The position numbers were made by a program, and so were the translations under genes. This document shows, piece after piece, positions 50,777 to 60,951 of a stretch of DNA of 64,000 nucleotides; the stretch's first letter is position 1; each line of letters opens with the position of its first letter. Origin of the DNA: Candidatus Hodarchaeota archaeon (lineage in GTDB: Archaea > Asgardarchaeota > Heimdallarchaeia > Hodarchaeales > Hodarchaeaceae). The notes below the pieces were generated by a model. The model worked only from the letters and a program-made list of their open reading frames with translations, was not told the DNA's origin and searched no databases. The stretch covers positions 1 to 64,000 of the forward strand of contig JAEOTM010000204.1 of NCBI GenBank assembly GCA_016839815.1, in the 5' to 3' direction.

Positions 50777-51565
50777 TCAATCAGAAGAACAGGAGAAAAT
50801 TGAATAATTTCTTTTGTGAGAAAACCCTACTTTTTGATAAAGGCGTATAGCAGGAAAATTATCTTCAGCCACAAATAATGAAACTATCTCTTTCTTTTTC
50901 AGGATCTCTTTTCCAATAGTAGAGACTAAGTTCTTACCAATCGACTGGCCGCGAAATTCTGGCAGGACAAGGATATTCCCTAAATGTGCTAATTCGGGAG
51001 TTTCAAAATGAGTGCCACCACATGCAATGATAAATCCCTTTTTCTTCTTAAAGAAGTAGAATTGGCTTTCTAGCTGAATTGGATTCCAAGGAAAGGTATT
51101 ATTTTTTTTATAAAATGCATTTATGTGGGTTAAATCTGCGGTAGAAGCATGAGTAAATGAAATATCTGCCTCATGAAAGAGTGCGCAAGTACGATTGGTT
51201 ACCATACAAAATTCCGCACTTTGATCATTGAGAGAGAAATTCTGGCGTAGTAAAGTTGCATCGATGGTTGAGGAAACCAATACAAACTGTCTAGGAAGGA
51301 TTGAACGCAACCTGGATAGGATAAACTCCATTATTGCATCGGATGTGTTTAATATTACGACAGAGGGAACTTGAAACCCTTTAAACACCGTAAAAAAGGA
51401 GAGAAGATTATTTCCCTCAAAAACACCAAAAATATCAGATAAATCTAAGCAAGGAGGAAATAAATCACCAATCAACACAAGATTTTCGTATAGGTCTTTT
51501 TTGGCATATTGATAACAACGATTGAGTAAATCTTGATTGTCTTGCGAAATTGGATGGATTTTCAT
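50777..51565 (-). CDS. GNAT acetyltransferase
   Basis: 'VLPEFRGQSIG', 'NFPAIRLYQKVGF'. Confidence 0.88.
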   Translation of the reverse strand: MKIHPISQDNQDLLNRCYQYAKKDLYENLVLIGDLFPPCLDLSDIFGVFEGNNLLSFFTVFKGFQVPSVVILNTSDAIMEFILSRLRSILPRQFVLVSSTIDATLLRQNFSLNDQSAEFCMVTNRTCALFHEADISFTHASTADLTHINAFYKKNNTFPWNPIQLESQFYFFKKKKGFIIACGGTHFETPELAHLGNILVLPEFRGQSIGKNLVSTIGKEILKKKEIVSLFVAEDNFPAIRLYQKVGFSHKRNYSIFSCSSD

Positions 51566-51582
51566 GAAGAAAATTCAGCACC

Positions 51583-52083
51583 TTATATTTGGTAAACCAT
51601 CTGATAATGAGTTTCAGTTTCATCTTTTGTGACGAAACCCAAATTTTTATACAGATTAAAGGCTTTATGATTCACTTTGAGGACCTGCAACATGATATTT
51701 TTGTTTTCATTTTTTCCTCGTTCGATAATCTCCTTAATTAGCTTTGATCCAATTCCTTTATTCTGAAATATTGGAAGAATTTCTATCACACTAAGAACGA
51801 GTGTATCTGATCTCTGATCAACCTCGATACATCCAATATCCTTCCCAGATATTTGAATAATCTTATACAATTCAGGATTCACAGTCTGTTGATGACGTGT
51901 ATATTGAAAAGCATCATCCCAACCCCAAATTTGGGCTACATACTCTTTAAGTGTTGCTTTCTTGAGAACAAACAGAAACTCTAAGTCCTCTGGGATCCCC
52001 GAACGAAGTGTGATATTTTCCAGCATAAATAGTTGAAAAGAATTAGGGGTTTTTTCTCTTTCTTTCTCACTCAAATGATTCAT
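51583..52083 (-). CDS. GNAT acetyltransferase
   Basis: 'ILPIFQNKGIGS', 'AFNLYKNLGF'. Confidence 0.88.
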   Translation of the reverse strand: MNHLSEKEREKTPNSFQLFMLENITLRSGIPEDLEFLFVLKKATLKEYVAQIWGWDDAFQYTRHQQTVNPELYKIIQISGKDIGCIEVDQRSDTLVLSVIEILPIFQNKGIGSKLIKEIIERGKNENKNIMLQVLKVNHKAFNLYKNLGFVTKDETETHYQMVYQI

Positions 52084-52104
52084 CTATAAACCAGTATATT
52101 CATC

Positions 52105-52887
52105 TCAAAGTAGAATAATAAGCTTACCATGCCAACCGATATTTAACTGATTTTCTCCCTGATAAGTATTCACATGGCCAAATTCAACTCTTATTTGGGT
52201 ACCAACTTGCACTTGGGAAATCTGCTCATTCCATAAAACAAGAGTAATATTACCAGTAGTGTCTCTAAGTTCAGCATGAGCTACTGATAATCGCTTACCG
52301 GTCGATCGAGAGATTACTTCCTTTGGAGATGAGATAGAATGAACAACCCCTTCCACATTAATATCTTTCAATCCCTCTGTTAGGTCATGTATCTTTTGAA
52401 GTATAAATGGAGAAGAAGTTGTCAGTGCTTTTTGATACCAGATTCCTCGCCAATCGAAAGGTCCGACCTCCCAGCCGACCTGGACAAAACCGTGTTTTTT
52501 GTAGAAGTTCTGAGTTCTCTTATTCCAGTCTGGGGTCCCTAAAGTCCAGAACTGGACCTGAGGATATCTTTTCCAGAGCAATGTCATAGCACGAGAGGCT
52601 AATCCCTTGTTATGGAAAGGAGGATCAATAAATATTCGTTCAAGAACACGATGATGTTTTCCCCGAGCTGTTACTAATAAACCTCCCACAATGTTTTCAC
52701 CCAACATAATTTTATAATAATCAAGAAAGCCCATAAAGCGTTCTTGAAAGGAGGTAGAGTCGTAACCAGGAGGACCCCCCAATCCAGGGGCTCCTACTTC
52801 AGTATCACTATCAAACGCTCGCTTGGAGATTGCAGTTAGTTCCATAACATCTTTTTTTTCGGCAGCTTCGAGTCTAATGATATCCAT
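52105..52887 (-). CDS. GNAT acetyltransferase fused to an SSB/RPA-type OB fold
   Basis: 'IDPPFHNKGLA', 'FYKKHGF' then 'AELRDTTGNITLVLWNEQ...VNTYQGENQLNIG'. Confidence 0.85.
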   Translation of the reverse strand: MDIIRLEAAEKKDVMELTAISKRAFDSDTEVGAPGLGGPPGYDSTSFQERFMGFLDYYKIMLGENIVGGLLVTARGKHHRVLERIFIDPPFHNKGLASRAMTLLWKRYPQVQFWTLGTPDWNKRTQNFYKKHGFVQVGWEVGPFDWRGIWYQKALTTSSPFILQKIHDLTEGLKDINVEGVVHSISSPKEVISRSTGKRLSVAHAELRDTTGNITLVLWNEQISQVQVGTQIRVEFGHVNTYQGENQLNIGWHGKLIILL

Positions 52888-53047
52888 ACAACCATTCTCC
52901 GTTCTCAGTCATCAAATCGTCAATCGGTGTCTAAAATGTTCTATTCTTTTTCTCGTATTAACCAGATGATTGTGGTAATAAAAGTTGCTATTGACTTGGG
53001 ATTGATTATTATTCTGAAATTAAAACTGATAAATTTTGAGAAAACAG

Positions 53048-53701
53048 TCAGTCATCTGATTTTTTGGATGATTTACATGTAGGAATGATGTTGAATAGGT
53101 GTGAAATTAACCGAAGAAAATAAGAAGTAAGATAAGCACGATAAAGGGAGAAGAATAGCGCAATTGACTTAAGAATTTCTTTAGCGGGATGAGTAGAGGG
53201 ATAGATGACGTTTCGTGCTAAGGATGAAAAAACGTGGGCAATTTCGGGACACGATTTAGACCGACATTCAAAATACTTCCCGTTGAAAGATTTAGCAACC
53301 ATCAAAGCTTCTTCATGGGATACAACAGGTGAGGATGAAGTAATTCCAACAAGAGCAAGGGGAACTTCTGGTAGGATATATTTTTGAAATTCAATTATAT
53401 GGTTGGGAATTTCTAAAAATGATTTTCGATTATTTCGATCAAAAAAGATGATACAGGCCGAAGCTCCACGATAATAACTAGGTCTCAGTTTACCAAAGAA
53501 TTCCTGTCCAGCTGTGTCTACTATGATCAATTTAACCCCGATACCATTTAGAGTGATCTTTTTTGTAGTAATATCGACGCCCAATGTTGGTAAATAATTT
53601 GTGTCAAACTTATTTTCCGCAAAGCGTCGGATAAGGGGGGTTTTTTCCACGCTCCCAGACCCTATTGCACATATTTTCAAGAGATATTCATTTGAATACA
53701 T
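53048..53701 (-). CDS. Rab-like small GTPase, degenerate G1/G4
   Basis: 'YLPTLGVD', 'DTAGQE', 'YYRGA'; P-loop reads GSGSVEKT and NKxD is absent. Confidence 0.88.
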   Translation of the reverse strand: MYSNEYLLKICAIGSGSVEKTPLIRRFAENKFDTNYLPTLGVDITTKKITLNGIGVKLIIVDTAGQEFFGKLRPSYYRGASACIIFFDRNNRKSFLEIPNHIIEFQKYILPEVPLALVGITSSSPVVSHEEALMVAKSFNGKYFECRSKSCPEIAHVFSSLARNVIYPSTHPAKEILKSIALFFSLYRAYLTSYFLRLISHLFNIIPTCKSSKKSDD

Positions 53702-54030
53702 CAGTAACTAGCTCAGCTAGAATCCAGCTTTTATAGCCGACGAAATCCACCATTCGTTTTATGGTTAACTAGTATGATCGATAACAGTTAAAGAATTAAC
53801 TAGAGAATGTATTCGAGAAAAAGGGTATACGAAAAATAGAAAAAAGAGGAATACTACAAATATTAACCAGTATTGTGTTATTCACCTCACTACTTTAGAA
53901 TCCCTCAAGATAGTCGAAAATCCTTTTAGAAAATTGTACGAACTAGGAGGTACAGGTACTTTTAAAGTGGAAAAAATCGTCAATTTGCAGGGAAAAACAC
54001 ATTCTCCTAGCAATACCTAAGGGTGAGAAG

Positions 54031-56706
54031 TTGCCTATATTTAACAGGTATCTATTCAAGAAACTCATTAGAGATTCCGGAAGGACAAAATTATTAGTAA
54101 CATCTCTCCTTCTCTTGAGCATTATTGGGGTGGCATCATATATTGCTTTAGTAATGGGATATCAATCTCTTGAGTACTCGTATGAGCGATTTTACATAGA
54201 AAGTAGCTTCCACGATTATGAAATTCAGGCAACGGAAGGACAATGGTTAGATCAAAGCCAGCTGAGTACCCTTACTGAAGGTTTCCTAGTACAAAATACT
54301 GCTATCCAGGCGATTAATTACCGTTTGTTAATAGAAAGTGGTTATAACTATTCTAAGAAAGACATCTTCATCACTGGGGCAGGAAAGATTGTAGGATACA
54401 ATACAAGCACTCCGTACGAACAGCAAATTAACCGTTTATCCATTAAAGATGGAAAGGAGTACATCCCGAATGGAAACTCGAGTATCTCATCGAATGGATC
54501 ATCGAATCAGGTCATAGTGAACAACCAATTTGCAGACAGGCTAAATCTAAAAATTGAGGACCAGATTACCCTTCGAATGAATAAAGGAAAACAGGTTACG
54601 ATACGAGGAATTGCGTATTCCCCAGAATACGCTGTGGTTATTCCTTCTAAGTGGGGATCTATCATTCCGATGAACCAATATGGAATATTTTACATGCCAC
54701 TTTCCACTGTTCAGATGGATCTTAACTTAACAGGGAGAATTAATAACATTCTAATTAAATTTATACCAGAAACCACAGATTTGGTACAAAAACAAATCAT
54801 AAAAGATTATCAGAATTTAATCATACAATCATTAAACGTCAGTCTCCTTGATCCTGTATCATCAGAATTTCAAGTCTCTAATTGGTTTATAAGACTGAAT
54901 ATTGAAGGATTCAGAGAAATTGCACAATTCTTACCCTTTCTTGTATTGTGTGTGGCCACTCTTACCATTTTTGTATCGTTTAATCGACTAATCTATCACC
55001 AAAAACGTGAAATTGGGGTCATCCTCTCCTTAGGATTTACTCCAAATGATATTCTTATCCATTATATCAGCTATATCCTAATAATTGCTGGAATTGGAGC
55101 CATTTTAGGAACAATCACAGGGATATTCTTCACTCATGTGGTTGCGAGTTTTTTCGGGATAATCTCTTCGATTCCACATATATTAGTTAAGATTGATCCC
55201 TTGGTTATTCTCTTTGCAGGTTTAATGGGATTTCTAGCTTCTTTTATTGGCGGATTCTATCCAGCTTTTATTGGAAGTCGCTTAAATCCAAAACAGGCAA
55301 TAGGGAATTACACTAAAGCACTAAACCTTGGAAAATTGGCAAAATTAGGGATTATTGACAAATCTCGTCTTAATGTACAGATAAAGATGTTATTTAGGAA
55401 CATCTTCAGAAATGGATGGAGAAGTCTCACAAACACCATGGGGGCTGCAGCTACCATGATAGTTCTATTTATATCACTTACTCTACTCTTTGCCATGACG
55501 ACAACTATAAATACAGAATTTAACCAGATTAATGATTACGATCTAGAACTTACATTTACAAAACCGAAATTAGGAGATTTAAATCTTTATAGTGAATTAT
55601 CAAAATTAAAAACTATAAAGACGGAATATGGAATAGAGGCTTACGACTGTGTTTTGGAAATTCCAGTAATTTTTTTTTCCGATGACCTAAAAAAGTCAAA
55701 TGAAGGAATGTTAATTGGATTTAATTCCAGCACTCCTATCACTCACAATTTTAAGTGGGATACTCAGTTTTCTACTCAGTGGGAGAGTCCTAAATCAACC
55801 ATAGTGTTAACATCCGGACTGGCAAATTTTTTCGGACTTGAAAATAGTGTAGACAATGAGATAGTTGTAAAACATCCACGAGTACTTAGCGTAGAAGAAG
55901 AACTGTGGTTACGATTATTTTATTTCCAGAATGGAAGAAATACAACTCTCACTCTATTACAGGATCAATTCGAGGATAGTCCATATGTAATGAACTACAA
56001 TCAAAGTACTGAGTTCCAGACAAAGAACAGTCGAATCTCTGTTGGTGGAGTATCAAAAGAACTCTGGGGAACAATGAATTACGTTTCATTAGACAAAATG
56101 ATAAGTATGTTAGGCCTGAGTTTATTTAATGAATTAGGAATCGATCTGACTCCAGTGTCGAAAATTTATATCAAACTCAATTCACACGGAATAAAATTTC
56201 AATCACAAATTGAAAGTAAACTATTATCCACTCTGAATGATATTGAGTCTATTACAACAATAACACAAATTCAAGAAGGAACGGAAGCGTACTTAGAAAT
56301 TTTAAATGTCTTAATCCTTCTCCTAATAATTGTAGCTATTATAATTTCAATCTTATCACAAATAACAACCGTTTTTCTCAATACTCATGAAAGAAAGAAG
56401 GAACTCCTAACTATGCAAGTCCTAGGATCCTCAGATTTTGAAATTTCGTTTGGTTTCTTAGCTGAAAACTTACTTCTTACAGTACTTGGATTGATATTAG
56501 GGGCCCCTATTGGCTTCAGATTGACCCAAATGATCGTTACTACCATGTTCCCAATGATGGTGTATCTTCACATCACATTCGAGGTTGAAATTGTCATTCT
56601 CATTATTCTAAGTGTCATAATAACAAGTATTGTTACTCAAATTCCCACATTATTATCTCTTTTCAAATTAGATTTATCATTGATCTCAAAAGAGTTTATT
56701 GGATAA
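54031..56706 (+). CDS. FtsX/MacB-type ABC permease (duplicated)
   Basis: Two repeats of TM + extracellular domain + 'QKREIGVILSLG' / 'ERKKELLTMQVLG'; 'GIAYSPEY'. Confidence 0.9.
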   Translation: MPIFNRYLFKKLIRDSGRTKLLVTSLLLLSIIGVASYIALVMGYQSLEYSYERFYIESSFHDYEIQATEGQWLDQSQLSTLTEGFLVQNTAIQAINYRLLIESGYNYSKKDIFITGAGKIVGYNTSTPYEQQINRLSIKDGKEYIPNGNSSISSNGSSNQVIVNNQFADRLNLKIEDQITLRMNKGKQVTIRGIAYSPEYAVVIPSKWGSIIPMNQYGIFYMPLSTVQMDLNLTGRINNILIKFIPETTDLVQKQIIKDYQNLIIQSLNVSLLDPVSSEFQVSNWFIRLNIEGFREIAQFLPFLVLCVATLTIFVSFNRLIYHQKREIGVILSLGFTPNDILIHYISYILIIAGIGAILGTITGIFFTHVVASFFGIISSIPHILVKIDPLVILFAGLMGFLASFIGGFYPAFIGSRLNPKQAIGNYTKALNLGKLAKLGIIDKSRLNVQIKMLFRNIFRNGWRSLTNTMGAAATMIVLFISLTLLFAMTTTINTEFNQINDYDLELTFTKPKLGDLNLYSELSKLKTIKTEYGIEAYDCVLEIPVIFFSDDLKKSNEGMLIGFNSSTPITHNFKWDTQFSTQWESPKSTIVLTSGLANFFGLENSVDNEIVVKHPRVLSVEEELWLRLFYFQNGRNTTLTLLQDQFEDSPYVMNYNQSTEFQTKNSRISVGGVSKELWGTMNYVSLDKMISMLGLSLFNELGIDLTPVSKIYIKLNSHGIKFQSQIESKLLSTLNDIESITTITQIQEGTEAYLEILNVLILLLIIVAIIISILSQITTVFLNTHERKKELLTMQVLGSSDFEISFGFLAENLLLTVLGLILGAPIGFRLTQMIVTTMFPMMVYLHITFEVEIVILIILSVIITSIVTQIPTLLSLFKLDLSLISKEFIG

Positions 56707-56800
56707 CAATGTGATGTGTAATCTCTGATATACTCCCTCTCATGAGTTTACTCGGAAGGGAGTTAAGTTTATGAATATATAGTTCTCCTCAGCTACCAAG

Positions 56801-58228
56801 ATGGTTTCTTCAAGATTCTATTTGATTCTCATTTTAACCTCATTTTTTGCATTTTTCCTTGGACAAATAAGCACAATAACAGTGACATACCAAATACTAC
56901 AAGATCCTATCCCAGATTATATTTTTTATAATGGAACTGTTATTACCATGGAAAATAATCAACCTAGTGCGGAGGCAGTTGCGGTTATGGGAAATCTCAT
57001 TAGTACTGTTGGAACAGAAGCAGAAGTTTTTTCTTACGCTGATTCTACAACCGTATTGATCAATTTACACAAAAAAACACTGGTTCCAGGATTTATTGAT
57101 TCGCACTCTCATTGGATTGGAGATCGTGGATTAACCAATACCACAGAATTGAATGATGTCATCAATGCCTTAATCTCTTATGGATGGACCAGTATTTCGG
57201 AGCTATTTGTAAATCAGGATCGGCTAACTGAACTCCAAGCTGTAGATGACTCTAACTTATTAAAAGTTAGAGTTAATTGCTATCTCCCTTTAGGTTATGG
57301 ATTTGATAGGTTTGGGGATTGGTATCAAGCTTATACTCCTGGTCACGAATTTAGCTCTCGGTTACGAATCGCTGGAGTGAAATTATTTGCAGATAGGTGG
57401 TATTTTGAACCTCTAATTCTGATCAATCAGTCTGAAATGTATCAACTGGTTCAAGAAGCGCATGCATTAGGATTTCAAATTGCTACACACAGCGTAGTTC
57501 CTAATGCAACGGATATTGTCCTTAATGCTTACCAATCGGTGATAGGTAGCGGAACAAATGAGCTTCGACATCGAATCGAACATCTGGTGTTGCTCAGAAA
57601 TGATCAAATTACGAGGTTGGCAGAACTGGCGATTCTTGGATGTATTCAGCTTCCTTGGTTTAATTCAGATTGGAATGATAGAATTGAACCTGCAATTGGT
57701 AGAGATAGGGCACTTCTGGTAGGACGATGGCGAGATCTACTTAATGTAGGAGTTCACCTCATGGGGAGTACTGATTATCCGTACGTCCTTGGGGAGGTAA
57801 AGACTCCAATGGGTTGTTTAGCCTCTGCGGTCACAAGGATAGGTACATTGGGTGAGACTCCTGTCGACTTTATGTTAAACGAAAGGATAACTCCTGAACA
57901 AGCTTTACGTACATTGACCATAAATGGTGCTTACGGAACTTTCCAAGAAAATGTAAAAGGCAGTATTCGATTTGGCAAGTTAGCTGATTTGGTCGTCTTA
58001 TCAGACAATCCTCTAATGGTTCCTGAAACCAATATCCAAGATATTGAAGTACTATTAACAATGATTGATGGAAAAATCGAATATTTGAATCCAGAAGGTC
58101 CTGAAATTACTAATTTTCTCTCTAGTCGAACTGCTCCCATAAGCTCTGCAACATCAGTTGGGATTCTTCCTTTAATTATTACTTTTGGTGTCCTCTTCCA
58201 AATTAGAAATCTACAGAAAAAATCCTAA
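56801..58228 (+). CDS. YtcJ-like amidohydrolase, secreted and C-terminally anchored
   Basis: 'PGFIDSHSH', 'RHRIEH', 'GSTDYP', 'KGSIRFGKLADLVVL'; signal peptide and C-terminal TM. Confidence 0.9.
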   Translation: MVSSRFYLILILTSFFAFFLGQISTITVTYQILQDPIPDYIFYNGTVITMENNQPSAEAVAVMGNLISTVGTEAEVFSYADSTTVLINLHKKTLVPGFIDSHSHWIGDRGLTNTTELNDVINALISYGWTSISELFVNQDRLTELQAVDDSNLLKVRVNCYLPLGYGFDRFGDWYQAYTPGHEFSSRLRIAGVKLFADRWYFEPLILINQSEMYQLVQEAHALGFQIATHSVVPNATDIVLNAYQSVIGSGTNELRHRIEHLVLLRNDQITRLAELAILGCIQLPWFNSDWNDRIEPAIGRDRALLVGRWRDLLNVGVHLMGSTDYPYVLGEVKTPMGCLASAVTRIGTLGETPVDFMLNERITPEQALRTLTINGAYGTFQENVKGSIRFGKLADLVVLSDNPLMVPETNIQDIEVLLTMIDGKIEYLNPEGPEITNFLSSRTAPISSATSVGILPLIITFGVLFQIRNLQKKS

Positions 58229-58271
58229 TCTCAAAGCTTGAACACTAAAGCAAGAATTCGGGATTAGGTTC

Positions 58272-58835
58272 TTAATCTTGAGTCAAGATCAATTCCGTAA
58301 GTCTAGTGAAAATAAGATCCATTTGTGATAGATCAGAAAGAGGACATTCAAAATAATGAAGATTAAGTGTCTTTGCTAATTGTTGGCCTTCCTCGGAGGA
58401 AATAGATTTATTGTTTCCATTCACCGCAACAAGACCTATGGGAACTAATTTACCTTGAATTTCCTGAAATTCGTGACACAATTCTTCAACTTTCTTAAAA
58501 GAATCAAGATCGCCTTTATCATAGAAAATAAGACACCCGTGGGCCCCTTGATAATACATACTACGTAACGCTTTATATTTTGCTCTTGAAACGATGTAAA
58601 TTTTCAATTTGACCTCAGTAGACCTTATCTTAACAGTCTTCAAGCCAAAATCGCTCCCTACAGTCGATGAATAATCAATTTTAAATGTAGAATCGGCTGT
58701 TAAACGGCCAAGATGTTGAATCAAGTGAAAATTGGTACCAATCATACAAATCTTGAAATTAAGTTTATCAGAGGTCATTTTACACAAACTCATACACTTC
58801 TCTCCACAAACTCCAAAATGAGAAGTGATCTTCAA
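58272..58835 (-). CDS. Rab-like pseudo-GTPase
   Basis: 'FKICMIG', 'STVGSDF', 'YYQGAHGCLIFYD', 'EEGQQLAK...YFE'; P-loop, DxxG and NKxD not conserved. Confidence 0.75.
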   Translation of the reverse strand: MKITSHFGVCGEKCMSLCKMTSDKLNFKICMIGTNFHLIQHLGRLTADSTFKIDYSSTVGSDFGLKTVKIRSTEVKLKIYIVSRAKYKALRSMYYQGAHGCLIFYDKGDLDSFKKVEELCHEFQEIQGKLVPIGLVAVNGNNKSISSEEGQQLAKTLNLHYFECPLSDLSQMDLIFTRLTELILTQD

Positions 58836-58921
58836 TTCGAAAATTTCAATTTACCATAAAATAAAGATTCTTATTCCACACGCTTCTAGAAAGAACGAGA
58901 TACTAACAAGGAGGTTTACGT

Positions 58922-59827
58922 ATACGCGCTTATGATTTTATTCAAACGAGTGTTTTTACTGATGATCGATATGGATTCTCGGGAAACCAGTTGGCAACGT
59001 TTTGGAATCTAAAAGAGAATGATCTAACACAGGAAGAGATGCAAGGTATTACTCGTGAAATGAATTTCTCTGAAACAACATTTGTATTTCCCTCTACAAT
59101 TAAGAAATGTATTAGAAAAGTACGAATTTTTACTCCAGGTCTTGAAATCCCATTTGCAGGCCATCCAACATTAGGAACAGCATTTGTATTAAAACATCAA
59201 GATATACTTAGTCATGATCAAATGACAGCATTTTTAGAGTTGGGAATCGGTCCAATTGAGGTGAAATTTAAAACAAACCATCATATACAGATGTATCAAT
59301 CGAAACCTGAATTTCAGGAAGTATTCGAGGACAAAGAAGTAATGGCACAAATTTTAGGAGTATCTCCTGGCGTAATTGCAGATTATGGACCCATGCAATT
59401 TATTTCAACAGGTTTTCCATTCTTAATCGTCCCTATTACCACACTAAAAGCGATTCAAGCAATCAAACTTAATTCAACTCTTTTGATGGACACTTTAAGC
59501 AACTATCCATCTCAGGATTTAGTAGTGCTTACCCCTGAAACCATTCATCCTGATTCACAGGCACATGTGCGAATGTTTGCGCCATCTGCTGGAGTTTTTG
59601 AGGATCCAGCTACAGGAAGTGCAGCTGGACCGATTGGAGGATATATTGAAGCCCATAGAATTCTAAAAAATCATGTTAAGGGGTCAAAAATATCTTTAGA
59701 GCAGGGACATGAGATTAATAGACCAAGTAAACTTATTGTAGAGTGCCTCTTCGAAAAAGAGGAATTTCAACAAATAATTGTTGGTGGTACAGTGAAGTTA
59801 ACTGCGGAAGGAAGATTTGTGCTCTAG
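58922..59827 (+). CDS. PhzF-family isomerase, probable ATA start
   Basis: 'MNFSETTF', 'EIPFAGHPTLG', 'EDPATGSA', 'EQG..INRPS'; conserved N-terminus extends 23 codons upstream of the track start 58991. Confidence 0.9.
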   Translation: MRAYDFIQTSVFTDDRYGFSGNQLATFWNLKENDLTQEEMQGITREMNFSETTFVFPSTIKKCIRKVRIFTPGLEIPFAGHPTLGTAFVLKHQDILSHDQMTAFLELGIGPIEVKFKTNHHIQMYQSKPEFQEVFEDKEVMAQILGVSPGVIADYGPMQFISTGFPFLIVPITTLKAIQAIKLNSTLLMDTLSNYPSQDLVVLTPETIHPDSQAHVRMFAPSAGVFEDPATGSAAGPIGGYIEAHRILKNHVKGSKISLEQGHEINRPSKLIVECLFEKEEFQQIIVGGTVKLTAEGRFVL

Positions 59828-60750
59828 GGTGACTTAAGCAGAATCCTCTCAATTTGATCTTTCTGTTCATAGATCCAGTAGAAAATCTCCTCTGCACGTT
59901 TTGCTTTTGATATATCTACAGGATGGTAATAAAGTAAGAAAAACAGCTGGATTTGCATTAAAACTGACCAAAATCCTTTTTTTTCATTTTCATTCATGAT
60001 ATTGGTTTGTAAGTATCCATTTACCATAGAATGTAAAATTGTGTACCAACTAGCAGAAAAATTTGTATTATGGGAATCAAAGATCGCACTTAAGACTCCT
60101 GATACAAGATAACATAAATCAAAAATCTTTATCCCATATGTAACTAATTCAAAGTCTAAGATGGCAATAAGTTGTGCATTTTTATGAGTTCCTTGAAAAA
60201 GAAGGTTTTCTAGATGAAAATCTCGGTGAATAACTTGCCTGGAGAACACTTTTTCGAAAGAGGAGAAACTACTTTCAACAAGATCAAGATAGGGAAGGAT
60301 TCGACTTGCATTATACCTTCCAGAGGCTTTCTGAAAGAACTTCAATACTCTTTCTCTCAACCCTTCAAAGAGTGGAGGAATATCACTGAAGTTCAACAGT
60401 GGAGCGGGAAAAAGACTAAGACTGCTATGTAATGATCCTAAAATGATTCCAAACCGTTCACACCAAGAAACATTTTCTGAAATTATTTCTAGATCAATAG
60501 TAGTACCTTCAAGGAAGGTATATAAGCAATAAGGAGTATTCTCTGTTATGGTAAACTGAGAATGATCTTGTGTTCTTAATGGAGAATTTACTGGGATTCC
60601 CTCCTTATGTAAGAATTCAAGGATTAAATTTTCTCTTTGTAGCTGATTCAAATCTTGTTTAGATTTCAGAATATACCGTTGTTCGGGAGTAATGATCAGC
60701 TTACTCCTCTTATCTTGACCAAGCTCTTTAATTTGATGGGAATGTGCCAA
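59824..60750 (-). CDS. APH / homoserine kinase type II-like phosphotransferase
   Basis: 'VIHRDFHLENLL', 'ILDFE'. Confidence 0.85.
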   Translation of the reverse strand: MAHSHQIKELGQDKRSKLIITPEQRYILKSKQDLNQLQRENLILEFLHKEGIPVNSPLRTQDHSQFTITENTPYCLYTFLEGTTIDLEIISENVSWCERFGIILGSLHSSLSLFPAPLLNFSDIPPLFEGLRERVLKFFQKASGRYNASRILPYLDLVESSFSSFEKVFSRQVIHRDFHLENLLFQGTHKNAQLIAILDFELVTYGIKIFDLCYLVSGVLSAIFDSHNTNFSASWYTILHSMVNGYLQTNIMNENEKKGFWSVLMQIQLFFLLYYHPVDISKAKRAEEIFYWIYEQKDQIERILLKSP

Positions 60751-60951
60751 TTTCCATGCTTGAAGAATCTTTTCCAGATTTTACCCTCAGATACGTTTAG
60801 TTGTCTCCGTAGATTTAGTCTTAATCTACATACTTAACTTTGATTTATTTTTGTGATATACATTTGATTAGAGGGATATTACAGGAAAATTTGTAAGGAA
60901 TCAAAATTTATACCCCCAGAGGAGTAAAATCAATTTCTGAGAGTTAAGATA

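Noticed and set aside
54122-54139. Third MMPP micro-ORF (MMPPQ-stop, minus strand)
   Set aside because: Antisense inside the permease CDS with no expression signals; shows MMPP can arise by chance and tempers the micro-ORF findings
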